Shown one piece after another: positions 1 through 9,274 of a DNA stretch of 64,000 bases. The notes beneath the pieces are model-generated. The model searched no databases. It was not told the origin of the DNA and saw nothing but the letters and a program-made list of their open reading frames with translations. Within the stretch, counting starts at the first letter, position 1. Every line of letters starts with the position of its first letter. The position numbers were made by a program, and so were the translations under genes. Source of the DNA: Candidatus Krumholzibacteriota bacterium (GTDB lineage: Bacteria; Krumholzibacteriota; Krumholzibacteriia; JAJRXK01); the NCBI GenBank assembly GCA_963806035.1, contig CAWDWO010000033.1, forward strand, positions 30,918-94,917, in the 5' to 3' direction.

Positions 1-1504
1 CGGAGGACTCTGACCCGACCGCTTGCGGGGAACACAGATCCTGGAGCTCTCGCAGTCGCTTCACTTCGGCGTAAAAATGCGAGATTCCGCGCGGAAGCGA
101 ATCCACGATGCGCAAGCTCGCCCCCAAACGCAGCGCTCCCAGGCGGAAGTGCCGCGCGCGCACCGGGGCGCCAGCCAGCGCGAGCACGACGTTGAGCCCC
201 ACCGTTCGCAGCATGGTGCTCTTGCCCGACATGTTGGATCCGCTGATCACGTAGAGGCGCAGCTTCTCGTCGAGGCGGAGGTCGTTGCGGACGCACTCCT
301 CGCGCGGCAGGAGCGGATGACCCAAGCTCGTGGCCTCCAGACACGCCGACTCGAGCAATTCGGGCCACGGATCCTCGGCGCGCTCGTAGGCATAGGCCGA
401 AAGCGCCAACAGGGCCTCATATTCACCGGCGACCTTCAGCCACGAATCAACGCTCGCGGCGTTGCGCGCCATCCAGGCCTGGATCGCCAATCCGAAATGA
501 CTGCGCCACAGCAGCAGAGACGCTACCGGCGCGAATAGAAGGTTGCGCGCCGAGTCCAGCCATTCCAGGCGCCGGCGCAGCTGCAGGACGCGGGACGAAG
601 GTGGTGGCGTCCCGGCCGCGAACAGCGTGGCGCGCAGGGCGTTCAGCCGCACCGACTCGAAACGCGAGCGCTCTACCGCCTGAAGAATACGCGCCAGGGA
701 GTCCAGTTGACCCAGCACACCTTCCAGCGCATCCCACAGCGGCTCGAGCCGTGCCTGCAAGCGTTGCTCGGCGTACCAACCCGCGCCCAAAAAGAAGAGG
801 AAAAGCAGCGGTGGGCCGCGAAATCCCAACCACGCCACCAAGGAGATCACGGTGCAAGCAGCCAGAAGCAGCATGCCCAGCCGCACGAGCCCTTTGGGAG
901 CTTCCACCCGGTGCGCGGCCCAGGCGCGCAGACGCGAGGGATCCACCGCGGAGCCGACTCCCTGGCAGAGCCGATCCATCGCCTCGCGCTGATCGACCCT
1001 TGGGCGCAGCTCGTCCACCGCGGCCCAGCGCGGCGGCAGTTCCTGAAGCGGCGCCGGATGCAGGAGCCAGGCCGCCAGGGTGTCCTGTCCGGGCTGGGTT
1101 TTCGCGCGGCACAAAAGCTGAAACAGGGAGCCATCGCCGAAGAGATCCAGATGGTCGGCGTAGGGATGCTCGCTGCTCAAGTAGCGCTCCCCACCGGGAC
1201 CCTGTCCCTGCCAGCGGTCTTCGATGCGGTCGATCCCTCGCTCGTAGTGCTCGAGAGCCTGGCGTTGTGCTCCCAAGCGGCGATCTACCTTTTGGTGAAT
1301 TACCGCCAGGACAAGGAAGAGTCCCGCGGGCAAACTCAACCACAGTGCGGAGTTATCCGTACTGACCAAGAGCGCCAGGAGGGCGAGCCCGAGCAGGAAC
1401 ACCCCCATGCGCAGATGCGAGAGGGTGCGAGAGCGTCCGGAAAGCCGCTCTTGCTCTTGGTGGCAGCGCGCCTGCCTGCGGCGATATTCCTGCAGAGCTT
1501 CCAT
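1..1504 (-). CDS. Membrane-anchored MutS-related ATPase (MutS domain V family); 3' end runs off the window
   Basis: Absent from the ORF track because no stop falls in the window. Manual translation from ATG 1504 (alternative 1516) gives MEALQEYRRRQ, two hydrophobic segments, HPYADHLDLFGDGSLFQLL, Walker A VISGSNMSGKSTMLRTVG (near 200-250, same frame) and SLRIVDSLPRGISHFYAEVKRL. Confidence 0.85.
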   Translation of the reverse strand, partial: MEALQEYRRRQARCHQEQERLSGRSRTLSHLRMGVFLLGLALLALLVSTDNSALWLSLPAGLFLVLAVIHQKVDRRLGAQRQALEHYERGIDRIEDRWQGQGPGGERYLSSEHPYADHLDLFGDGSLFQLLCRAKTQPGQDTLAAWLLHPAPLQELPPRWAAVDELRPRVDQREAMDRLCQGVGSAVDPSRLRAWAAHRVEAPKGLVRLGMLLLAACTVISLVAWLGFRGPPLLFLFFLGAGWYAEQRLQARLEPLWDALEGVLGQLDSLARILQAVERSRFESVRLNALRATLFAAGTPPPSSRVLQLRRRLEWLDSARNLLFAPVASLLLWRSHFGLAIQAWMARNAASVDSWLKVAGEYEALLALSAYAYERAEDPWPELLESACLEATSLGHPLLPREECVRNDLRLDEKLRLYVISGSNMSGKSTMLRTVGLNVVLALAGAPVRARHFRLGALRLGASLRIVDSLPRGISHFYAEVKRLRELQDLCSPQAVGSESS

Positions 1505-1648
1505 GCCGCGCAGCATATCCTGAGCGCCCGCTCCGGCCAAGCTCAGGAGAGAGCGCAACCCGCTTCTCTCTTCTGCTTGGCAGCACGAGACGGCCCCCCT
1601 ACAATCGAAGCGGCGCTTTGGTCACCCGGATGAGGGAGGGGCGTATTC

Positions 1649-1996
1649 ATGGCCGAGCCGACTCTCTTCACCCGAATCATCGCGGGAGAAATCCCGGCCG
1701 AGTTCCTCTATCAGGACGAACTCTGCGTGGTGATCCGCGACATCAAGCCCCAGGCCCCGGTCCATGCGCTCATCATTCCTCGCAAACCCCTGAGCGGAAT
1801 TCAGGTGACGCAGGATGAGGATCGCGAGCTTTTGGGCCACCTCTTCCTCGTCGCCCGCCAGATTGCGCGCGACGAGGGGATTGCCGACAAAGGCTACCGA
1901 CTGGTGATCAACGCCGGCGAGGGCGGAGGACAGGAAGTCCCCCACTTGCACATCCACCTGTTGGGGGGCCGACAGATGCTCTGGCCGCCAGGCTAG
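1649..1996 (+). CDS. hinT: HIT family purine nucleoside phosphoramidase (HinT-like)
   Basis: TLFTRIIAGEIPA, DIKPQAPVHALIIP, histidine triad HLHIH and C-terminal GGRQMLWPPG. Confidence 0.9.
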   Translation: MAEPTLFTRIIAGEIPAEFLYQDELCVVIRDIKPQAPVHALIIPRKPLSGIQVTQDEDRELLGHLFLVARQIARDEGIADKGYRLVINAGEGGGQEVPHLHIHLLGGRQMLWPPG

Positions 1997-2014
1997 AACC
2001 AGGAGACCCGTTCC

Positions 2015-2740
2015 ATGTCATTTCAAGGTTTCCGCGCGGAATCCTTCCAATTTTTTCGCGAGCTGACGCTCAACAACCACCGTCTCTGGTTCGAGTCCCA
2101 GCGTGAGGTCTACGAGGAGTTCGTGCTGACTCCCTTCGCGGAGTTGGAGCAGGAGCTCGCGCCCTTCATGCTGGAACTCAACGGGAGCTTCAAGCCGGGT
2201 GAGACCGCGGAGGAGCACCTGAGCCGGATCGAGCTCACGGGGGAACTGCCGCCGGAGGGTCCGCACTACAAGACCAGCCTCTATCAGTTCTGGTGGAACG
2301 CGGAGATTCCGCGCCTCTGCGACGGTCACCTGCACGTCGGCATCGGAGCCGACGCGGTGACCCTGGGCTTCTCCATCTATGACTGGTCCTACGACAAAGG
2401 GCGCATGCGCGAGGTATTCAAACCGCGCCTCCGCGGACATCTCTCCCTTCTGGACGACTACATCAAGGCAAATTACCTGCGTCGCGGATTCGAATTCCGC
2501 CGTTTCGTGCGCGGCGCGGGCCGCCTGGGCCTGCGCGAGGGCGAGGCCTTTCCCGGTCGGGGCGCCCAGTGGCAGGACACTTTGGGATGGGTGGTGAGCC
2601 GGCAGATTCACGAGAATTCCTCCCGCCTGACCCCGGGCTCTTTCGTCACCGAATGCAAGAGCACTTTCGAGAGACTCTATCCTCTCTATGTGTTCTCCAG
2701 TGACATGAGACCGGATTGGCGAGACGCGCTGCAGGTCTGA
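2015..2740 (+). CDS. DUF2461 family protein
   Basis: N-terminal FQGF..ESFQFFRELTLNNHRLWFESQREVYE pattern and PHYKT motif typical of the family. Confidence 0.65.
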   Translation: MSFQGFRAESFQFFRELTLNNHRLWFESQREVYEEFVLTPFAELEQELAPFMLELNGSFKPGETAEEHLSRIELTGELPPEGPHYKTSLYQFWWNAEIPRLCDGHLHVGIGADAVTLGFSIYDWSYDKGRMREVFKPRLRGHLSLLDDYIKANYLRRGFEFRRFVRGAGRLGLREGEAFPGRGAQWQDTLGWVVSRQIHENSSRLTPGSFVTECKSTFERLYPLYVFSSDMRPDWRDALQV

Positions 2741-2782
2741 GCTTCAGGCCGCCCGGGAGCGGCGAGGGCCTGTGCGCTGCCC

Positions 2783-3742
2783 TCAGCGCCGGTCGCGGTC
2801 CAGCCCCCGCGACAAGAACGCGAGCACCAGGCCCCAGGCGCTTCCCAGCGCCAGACTCTGCGAGACGATACGCCACAGAAGCGCGCCTCCCGTGGGGCCA
2901 GGCGCTGCCCCCGCGCTCGCGTGCGCGCGCTGGCTGAGAAGCATGGTGCCCATCCCCATCCCCAGCCGCGCGAGCACGAAGAAGATCAAGGTGAGAATGA
3001 TGGCGGAGGAAAGGGCGACGCTCGCCCCATAGATCACGGGCAAGAGGTAGCGCTCGATGCGCGTGCCCGAACGCCGGGGGAGAAGCGGATGAAGAAGGAG
3101 ACCCATCACCCCCGCGATGATCGTCCCCAGAATCAACGCGAAGCCGAGCGAATCCCGCCCCATGTCCTGCAGCCAGAATTTGGCGGAGGCGGGCGAAAGC
3201 AACGCGGTCAGGCCCGCCGCGCTGAGGACGAAGAGCATGGCCACCAGGGGCGGCAGGATTCTCTCCGTACTCTCGTCGCGGAAACGGAAATCCACCAGGA
3301 TGCGCCCGTCGATGAAGCGGCGCCCTTGTTCGGTGAAGCCGCAGGCCCGGTAACACTTCAAGGCGGCCGGGTTGTCCTCGAAGGCGCTGATCCGCACTTC
3401 GCGCGCGTGCAGGCTTTCCATGGCGTGCTTGAGCAGGGCCCCCACCAGATTGCGCCCGTTTCCCACGCCCCGGCGTCGCGGATGCACCATGACGTGCCCG
3501 ATCCAATAGGAGTCGCGCTCTTCGTGGTTTTCATTCAGCTCCCCGTAGGCCACGATTCGCCCATTGGACTCGAGCACGAATCCGCTGCCGCGTTCGCGCA
3601 TCCACTGCGTCACCATTTCCTCGTCCAGGGGGGCCATTTCGCGGGGCGCGGCCTGGCGCATGTCCTCGGCGGAGGGAGAGAGTTCGGCGATGACGGGCAC
3701 ATCGTCGAAAGTGGCGGGGCGAACGTGGACTTCATTCATCAT
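2783..3742 (-). CDS. GNAT N-acetyltransferase fused to a C-terminal multi-pass membrane domain
   Basis: Acetyl-CoA motif VHPRRRGVGNGRNL and NPAALKCYRACGF, followed by about four hydrophobic segments. Confidence 0.75.
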   Translation of the reverse strand: MMNEVHVRPATFDDVPVIAELSPSAEDMRQAAPREMAPLDEEMVTQWMRERGSGFVLESNGRIVAYGELNENHEERDSYWIGHVMVHPRRRGVGNGRNLVGALLKHAMESLHAREVRISAFEDNPAALKCYRACGFTEQGRRFIDGRILVDFRFRDESTERILPPLVAMLFVLSAAGLTALLSPASAKFWLQDMGRDSLGFALILGTIIAGVMGLLLHPLLPRRSGTRIERYLLPVIYGASVALSSAIILTLIFFVLARLGMGMGTMLLSQRAHASAGAAPGPTGGALLWRIVSQSLALGSAWGLVLAFLSRGLDRDRR

Positions 3743-3770
3743 TTCAATTCTACGCTAGAGAGGTAGAGCG

Positions 3771-4604
3771 GTGCAGCAAAAGGATCATTTTCAAAGCGGG
3801 GATTATCGCAGCCTGATCGATTGGGCGCCCCGCCTGCGACGCGAGGCCCCCTTCCTCGCCGAGGTCTTCGGCCCCCCCCAAGAGGGAACCATCGTCGACC
3901 TGGGCTGTGGCACGGGCGAACATGCCCGTTGGTTGGCCTCGGTGGGCTGGCACGCGCTCGGAGTTGATTCCTCGGAGAAGCAAATCGAAAGCGCGCGCTC
4001 CTACGAGGGGGAATTCGGCGTGCGTGGACCCTACTTCCGGCAGGCCGACATGCTCGAGCTGGACGAGGTCTGCGCGTGGGCGAAGGAGAATTCCGGCCTG
4101 CCCCGTGCCGCCCTTCCCGAGGGCCGCGAATTCGCGGGTGCCCTCTGCGTGGGCAACGTCTTTCCCTATTTCGAAGAAGAGGAGCTCGCGCCGCGCCTGG
4201 CCGCCCTCGCCCGCCACCTTGCCCCCGGCGCCCCCCTCCTGGTGCAACTTCTGAACTACCAGCGCATCCGCGCCAAGGACGTGCGCAGCCTACCGTTGAA
4301 CGTCCGTCCGGACCCGGAGAATCCCCAGGGGGAGATCGTGTGGTTGCGGCTGTTGTCGGTCGCCGACGAAAAGCATCTCTGGTTCCATCCCGCGACCCTA
4401 CAATTTCGCCCCGGCGAGGAGGAGCCCCTCCAGTTGCGGTCGGCGCGCAGCATTCGCGTGAGGAGTTGGACGGCGGACGAACTCGAGGCCCACTTGAAGG
4501 ACGCAGGATTTAGCGCTTTCACGCGTTATGGTGGGATGAACCGCGACAAGTTCGTCGAGGAGGAGAGTCACGATCTCGTCTTCACCGCCCTCGGTCCTGG
4601 ATGA
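3771..4604 (+). CDS. Class I SAM-dependent methyltransferase
   Basis: Motif I IVDLGCGTGEH, GVDSS and LCVGNVFPY. Confidence 0.85.
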   Translation: MQQKDHFQSGDYRSLIDWAPRLRREAPFLAEVFGPPQEGTIVDLGCGTGEHARWLASVGWHALGVDSSEKQIESARSYEGEFGVRGPYFRQADMLELDEVCAWAKENSGLPRAALPEGREFAGALCVGNVFPYFEEEELAPRLAALARHLAPGAPLLVQLLNYQRIRAKDVRSLPLNVRPDPENPQGEIVWLRLLSVADEKHLWFHPATLQFRPGEEEPLQLRSARSIRVRSWTADELEAHLKDAGFSAFTRYGGMNRDKFVEEESHDLVFTALGPG

Positions 4605-4611
4605 GAAGAGC

Positions 4612-5196
4612 ATGACGGGAAACGAGCGCTCCTTGCACGATGACGAACTCGTGGCGCGGGTGGCCGCGGGCGACGAGACGGCTCTGCGCCTGCTCGTCGA
4701 TCGCTGGCAGCGGCCGGTGTTCGCGTTCTTCTTGCGTTGCCTGGGCAACGAAGAGGACGCGCGCGATCTCGCGCAGGAGTGCTTTCTCAGACTCTACCGC
4801 CACGCCTCGGGCTATGAGGCCAAGGGGCGCTTCCGCTCCTGGTTGTTCCGCATCGCGGGAAACCTCTGCCGTTCACGGCTCCGCCGGCGCCGTATCCTGC
4901 GTTGGCTTCCACTCAACGAGGAACTCTCTTCGGTGGGGCCCGCCGCGCCGCGATCCTTCGAGGCGGATGCGAGGCAGGAAAGCCACGAGATTGGCCGCGC
5001 CATCGAGGAGTGCGTGGCGGAGCTGCCCGAACGTCAACGTCTAGCCTTCGGCTTGCGTCACGAAGGCAATCTCTCCTACCGCGAGATCGGCAAACTACTG
5101 CACGCGAGTGAATCCGCCGTCGAGTCGCTCCTGGTGAGAGCAACCCGACATTTACAGGAGTGCCTGCGCGCGAAGGGCTTTGGGGACGATTTTTGA
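4612..5196 (+). CDS. ECF RNA polymerase sigma factor
   Basis: Region 2 (DARDLAQECFLRLY, FRSWLFRIAGNLC) and region 4 (LPERQR, LSYREIG, VESLLVRA). Confidence 0.92.
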   Translation: MTGNERSLHDDELVARVAAGDETALRLLVDRWQRPVFAFFLRCLGNEEDARDLAQECFLRLYRHASGYEAKGRFRSWLFRIAGNLCRSRLRRRRILRWLPLNEELSSVGPAAPRSFEADARQESHEIGRAIEECVAELPERQRLAFGLRHEGNLSYREIGKLLHASESAVESLLVRATRHLQECLRAKGFGDDF

Positions 5197-5253
5197 AACC
5201 CCGCGCAGGATCCGCTGCGCACGCGCGTTGGGTATGGATGAAAGGTGAGAACG

Positions 5254-5688
5254 ATGAAGCCGCACGAACACCCTCCACGCCTCTTGGCCTATCTCGACCG
5301 GCAGCTGTCGGATCGACAGAGCGAAGCGGTGGAGAAACATTTGGCCGCGTGCGCGGAATGTCGGCGCGAGCTTCAATCTCTCCGCGCGCTGCAGATGCAT
5401 CTCGACGAAGCCCTTGAGTCTTTCGAGTTGGATCTGTGGCCGGACATCGCGGCGCGACTTCCCGCACGGAGCCGCACGCGAGGAATGTATCGTCTGGGAT
5501 ACGCGCTCTTGGTGTTGGTGGGTTTGGGGTTGGGGGCATTCGCGGGCTGGACGAGCGCCGGCGGAAGAAGTACCTCGAGTTCTCTCGATTATTTGGCGGA
5601 GAGCTCGCTCTTGGATTCACCGCAGGCTTCGTTCAGCGAAACCTATCTGGCTGCGCTCAGTGATGGAGATGCGGAGGTGGGGCAGTGA
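5254..5688 (+). CDS. Zinc-binding anti-sigma factor (zf-HC2) with one TM helix
   Basis: HLAACAEC (HxxxCxxC) motif and TM segment YALLVLVGLGLGAFAGW; lies directly after the ECF sigma gene. Confidence 0.85.
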   Translation: MKPHEHPPRLLAYLDRQLSDRQSEAVEKHLAACAECRRELQSLRALQMHLDEALESFELDLWPDIAARLPARSRTRGMYRLGYALLVLVGLGLGAFAGWTSAGGRSTSSSLDYLAESSLLDSPQASFSETYLAALSDGDAEVGQ

Positions 5689-6206
5689 AGCGACTCGCGC
5701 AACTTGCCCTCGTGCTCTCGCTCGCCATCAACGTTGGCTTCGGGCTGGCTTGGCTCGGACACCGTCGCGCACCCCTGGATTCGGCTCCCGAAGCACGCCA
5801 CGAGTTTCATCGTAGAACACCAGACGGTGATCAAGTCGCACCTCGATCGCACGGGGCGTGGGCCTCGCGGCGAACGAGGTGGCTCGATCGTCATCTGCAC
5901 CTGGATCCCAAGAGAAGAGAAGATCTGCGTGGATCTCTCCTTCCTTTGGAACCGGAGATGGTCGACACGAGACACAAACTCGAAGAAGCACGCAGAGAGT
6001 TTGCTCAACAACTGCGAGAACCGGTTCCCGATCGTGAAACCGTGCTCGCAACTCACGAAGAGATCAGTCAGCTCCAAACGCGACTGGACAGTCTGGTGAC
6101 AGAAGCGCTGCTCAAGGAAGCACAGTTTCTCAGGCCAGAGGAACGGCGCAAGCCCGGAGCTTGGTTTCCCCGCCGACGGGGTACGAATGAAGGAGGAAGA
6201 CGATGA
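5685..6206 (+). CDS. Spy/CpxP-like periplasmic protein (heavy-metal sensor type)
   Basis: N-terminal anchor LVLSLAINVGF, helical body, LDPKRR and LRPEERR (LTxEQ-like) motifs; overlaps the previous stop codon. Confidence 0.7.
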   Translation: MKRLAQLALVLSLAINVGFGLAWLGHRRAPLDSAPEARHEFHRRTPDGDQVAPRSHGAWASRRTRWLDRHLHLDPKRREDLRGSLLPLEPEMVDTRHKLEEARREFAQQLREPVPDRETVLATHEEISQLQTRLDSLVTEALLKEAQFLRPEERRKPGAWFPRRRGTNEGGRR

Positions 6207-6760
6207 AGACGAACAGAAGCTGGGCCGCGGCCATTGCCGGACTTGCCCTCTTGGCAATCCTCGTTCCTGCGGCAGTCTATTCACAAACCGCGCCGGCACC
6301 GCCGGCTCCCCGGGGCCCGGCGTGGGCTCAAGGCGGTGAGAATGCTCCCCGCGCGTTCTTCCGCCAGACGATGATCGAGAAGCTGGGGCTCAGCGAAGAA
6401 CAGCAGAGCGCGTTCGCCGAGCTGCGCTTGAAGAACCAACAGGAGCAGATTCGTTTGCGCGGCGAGCTGGCCAACGCCAAGGCCGAGCTCAAGGCCCTTC
6501 TGCTCGATCCGGAAGCAAACCGCAGTGCGGTCTTGCGGGCCGGCGACAAAATCGAGCAGCTGCGGGCGCAGAAGGCAAAGGCGCGTCTGAGCCACCAGAT
6601 GGACGTGCGCGAACTCTTGACCAAAGAGCAGCGCGCGCAGTGGGTGCAGATGCGCGGCGATCATCAGCGGCATGGAGAATGGGGAGGGCGTGGTGGAGGA
6701 CATCACATGCGCGATCGTGCGCCCCGCATGCACCAGCGTGGGCCGCGCGCTGATGGCTAA
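6203..6760 (+). CDS. Spy/CpxP family periplasmic protein
   Basis: Signal peptide plus LGLSEEQQ and LLTKEQR (LTxxQ) motifs. Confidence 0.8.
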   Translation: MKTNRSWAAAIAGLALLAILVPAAVYSQTAPAPPAPRGPAWAQGGENAPRAFFRQTMIEKLGLSEEQQSAFAELRLKNQQEQIRLRGELANAKAELKALLLDPEANRSAVLRAGDKIEQLRAQKAKARLSHQMDVRELLTKEQRAQWVQMRGDHQRHGEWGGRGGGHHMRDRAPRMHQRGPRADG

Positions 6761-6787
6761 GCCGTGAACGCCTGACTTGGCGAAACG

Positions 6788-6824
6788 AAAAGGCCCCGCA
6801 CCTTTCGGTGCGGGGCCTTTTTTT
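6788..6824. terminator. Bidirectional intrinsic terminator
   Basis: AAAAGGCCCCGCACC-TTTC-GGTGCGGGGCCTTTTTTT between convergent genes. Confidence 0.9.
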
Positions 6825-6865
6825 GTCTCAACTCGTCGCGCGCCGCGCGCGCGAATCGCGTGAGT

Positions 6866-7573
6866 TTAGAAGCGGGACTTCATCGCACCCCAGCTGGTTT
6901 CCTCGCTGGGAATGGTGCACGAAGGACTGTTGTCGGCACCGGGAGTGTCGAGGGTCCCCGAAGCAACGGAGCAAACGGGTTCGCCGCTCGCGCCGAAGGG
7001 GCCGATCTGCCAGGTGCTGCCGCAACGGAAGATGTGTCCGGGAACGTAGCTGCCGTCCGGACCCACCTGCGTCGAGGAGTAGACGAGATCGCCGGAGCCG
7101 ACGGTCTCGATGAACGCAACGCTGTCCTCGATGGTGCTCCAGGGCGTGGCATCCAGAACACCGTCATCGTCGGTGTCCAGGTCGTCGCCGTTGGTACCGG
7201 TGAAGCCGGTGACCAGCAAGTGCGTCACGTTGTCGCTGTTCTCGAAGTTCAGCGTGAGGTCGACGTCGTAGCCAGTGCAATCGCCAACCGTACCCGACTT
7301 GTGAACGGCCAGGAAGCCGTCGGCCTGGATGCTCTGGCCGGTGAGGTCGGTCACGTTCTCGATGACACCACTGCCGCCGGCACCGTCACCGATGACGAGG
7401 TAGGTGTAACCGTCGAGCGATTGTCCCGGGGTTCCGGCGAGTTCGAAGTACTCGTCGTTGTCGGCGCCATCGTCGTCGATGCGGATCTCGTTGATCACGA
7501 CGGCGTGCGCCACCGCGGGCACGATCAGGCACAGGGCGCAGATGCCCAAGATGATTTTCTGGAACAAGTTCAT
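6866..7573 (-). CDS. Secreted acidic protein (lamin-tail-like VVINEIRID domain) with C-terminal SWGAMKSRF motif
   Basis: Signal peptide ending AHA; VVINEIRIDDDGADNDEYFELAG; Asp-rich DLDTDDDG; TPGADN; C-terminus IPSEETSWGAMKSRF. Confidence 0.75.
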   Translation of the reverse strand: MNLFQKIILGICALCLIVPAVAHAVVINEIRIDDDGADNDEYFELAGTPGQSLDGYTYLVIGDGAGGSGVIENVTDLTGQSIQADGFLAVHKSGTVGDCTGYDVDLTLNFENSDNVTHLLVTGFTGTNGDDLDTDDDGVLDATPWSTIEDSVAFIETVGSGDLVYSSTQVGPDGSYVPGHIFRCGSTWQIGPFGASGEPVCSVASGTLDTPGADNSPSCTIPSEETSWGAMKSRF

Positions 7574-7854
7574 GGGTGCATAGCCTCCTCATTGCCCGCT
7601 GGCCGACGACCAAGGATAGGCATCGGAGCGTTTCGGGCAGAATTCAGGAATACGCGGCCTTCAAGGCCGACCCAAGTATAGCAAGTCTTCGTGGGGGACT
7701 ACAATCAGTCCGGCAAGTTTTTATCCGGAAGGCCCTAGCAGGCGTCGGGCGGGGTCCGGGCGTGGGCCCGGACCCTCATGGGCCATGCTCGGGAGCAACG
7801 GGCCAGTTCTGGCTCTCATGGGGCTTCGAAAGGGAGTGGCGCCCCGCCGAGGCC

Positions 7855-8319
7855 TCAGGAGTTGGTCAGCTTCTGCTTCTGACCGGATCCCATGGGCTGC
7901 GGAGTGGTCGAGGCCGGCCCGCTCTTGATCTCGCGCTCCTCGCTGCCCACCGGGCGCTTGCCCATGGAGCAGGAGCCCTCGAAGACCACACCCTCGTCGA
8001 TGACGAGACGGCGCGTCTTGATGTCGCCCTCCAGCGTGCTGCCGGACTGTAGCTCGATCTTGTCGTCCGCGGTGATGTTGCCGTCAACGCGCCCTCCCAC
8101 GACCGCGTTCTTGGCGAAGATCTCGCCCTTCACCACTCCCGTCTTCCCCACCACGAGGTTTTCGGGTTTACGGATCGTGCCCTCGAACTCGCCTTCGACG
8201 CGCAGCGTACCTTGAACCTCGACCTCTCCCTTGAAGCGGCAGCCTTTGGCGAGGATCGAGGTGGCATTTGGATCATCTTGTTTCATCGGAACCTCAGCTT
8301 CGTTTTCTTTACCGAACAT
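7855..8319 (-). CDS. Bactofilin (polymer-forming cytoskeletal protein)
   Basis: Beta-helix repeats: SILAKGCRFKGEV, LRVEGEFEGTI, VVGGRVDGNI, LEGDIKTRRLVIDEGVVFEGSCSM. Confidence 0.92.
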   Translation of the reverse strand: MFGKENEAEVPMKQDDPNATSILAKGCRFKGEVEVQGTLRVEGEFEGTIRKPENLVVGKTGVVKGEIFAKNAVVGGRVDGNITADDKIELQSGSTLEGDIKTRRLVIDEGVVFEGSCSMGKRPVGSEEREIKSGPASTTPQPMGSGQKQKLTNS

Positions 8320-8345
8320 CTGCTTCCCTCCGCGCGAATGCGCGC

Positions 8346-9140
8346 CTAAGGCGACTTGGGTGCCAGGTACTGTCGCGGATCGACAGACTTTCCGTCGAGA
8401 CGGATTTCGAAATGTAGATGCGGTGCACTACTGCGTCCAGTGTTGCCCAGACGGGCAATCACCTGACCCTGATCCACCGATTGCCCGACCTGCACGAGCA
8501 AGCGCTGGTTGTGACCGTACAGGGTACTATAGCCGAAGCCATGGTCGATGACGATATAGTTGCCCAGCGATTCGTCATAACTTGCCTCCACCACCTTCCC
8601 CCGGCCCGCGGCGTGAACCGGCGCCCCATTGGGTGCCACCAGATCCAGGCCGGGGTGACCGTCGTGTCCCTTCTCCGATTGGTAGAATTCCTTGGACACG
8701 TAACCTTCTACAGGCCAACGGGTTGGGGCGTGGGAACGCAGCGCGGCCGCCGCCTCGAGATGGTTCACCCCGAGCAGCTCCAGGCTGGCGCTGCGGTTGG
8801 CCCGGGTGAGCGAACTGTCGGGCAGCTGCGCGCTCTCTCGTCCCTCCACCCCCAGCATGGTCAATACCTGCGCCTTCAGGGCGGTCAGGTTCTCAATTTC
8901 GCGATTGAGGTGGTCGATGGTGGCCACCTGGCGCCGCAGATCCCGGTTCTCCTGTTCGAGCGCGTCGGCGTGACGCGCATGACCGAGAACTCGCGAGTAG
9001 TTCACCATGAAGACGAGCACGGTCAGCGCGAAGACGGCGAGCAGGATCGCGGTGGCCAGGGCGAGACCCCGCGAAACCGTGTACTGCCGCGTCCGAGAGT
9101 GGTCGGCAGGCACGATGATGATGTTCCAGGATCGATTCAT
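8346..9140 (-). CDS. M23 family peptidoglycan metallopeptidase with N-terminal TM helix and coiled coil
   Basis: HPGLD (HxxxD), YGH and PHLHFE (HxH) motifs; start chosen at ATG 9140. Confidence 0.9.
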   Translation of the reverse strand: MNRSWNIIIVPADHSRTRQYTVSRGLALATAILLAVFALTVLVFMVNYSRVLGHARHADALEQENRDLRRQVATIDHLNREIENLTALKAQVLTMLGVEGRESAQLPDSSLTRANRSASLELLGVNHLEAAAALRSHAPTRWPVEGYVSKEFYQSEKGHDGHPGLDLVAPNGAPVHAAGRGKVVEASYDESLGNYIVIDHGFGYSTLYGHNQRLLVQVGQSVDQGQVIARLGNTGRSSAPHLHFEIRLDGKSVDPRQYLAPKSP

Positions 9141-9274
9141 CCCTCGACCACCCACGAAGAGCCGCCCCGACTGCCGGGGCGAAGGGGAGTTTCGTTCCGT
9201 CGGCGGTGCGCGTCAAGTCCCGCGCGCGTCGCGGCGGAGTCCTCCGCGCCCAGGCCCCCCCGCCCTCGCCGGGC

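Noticed and set aside
23..1633. ORFs 23..538, 601..1365 and 707..1633 (plus) and 447..1343 (minus)
   Set aside because: Shadows of the minus-strand MutS-like gene; they show no recognisable motifs.
7752..7775. 10-bp GC hairpin downstream of bactofilin
   Set aside because: No U-tract and no second copy found; it cannot be called a terminator or REP element.
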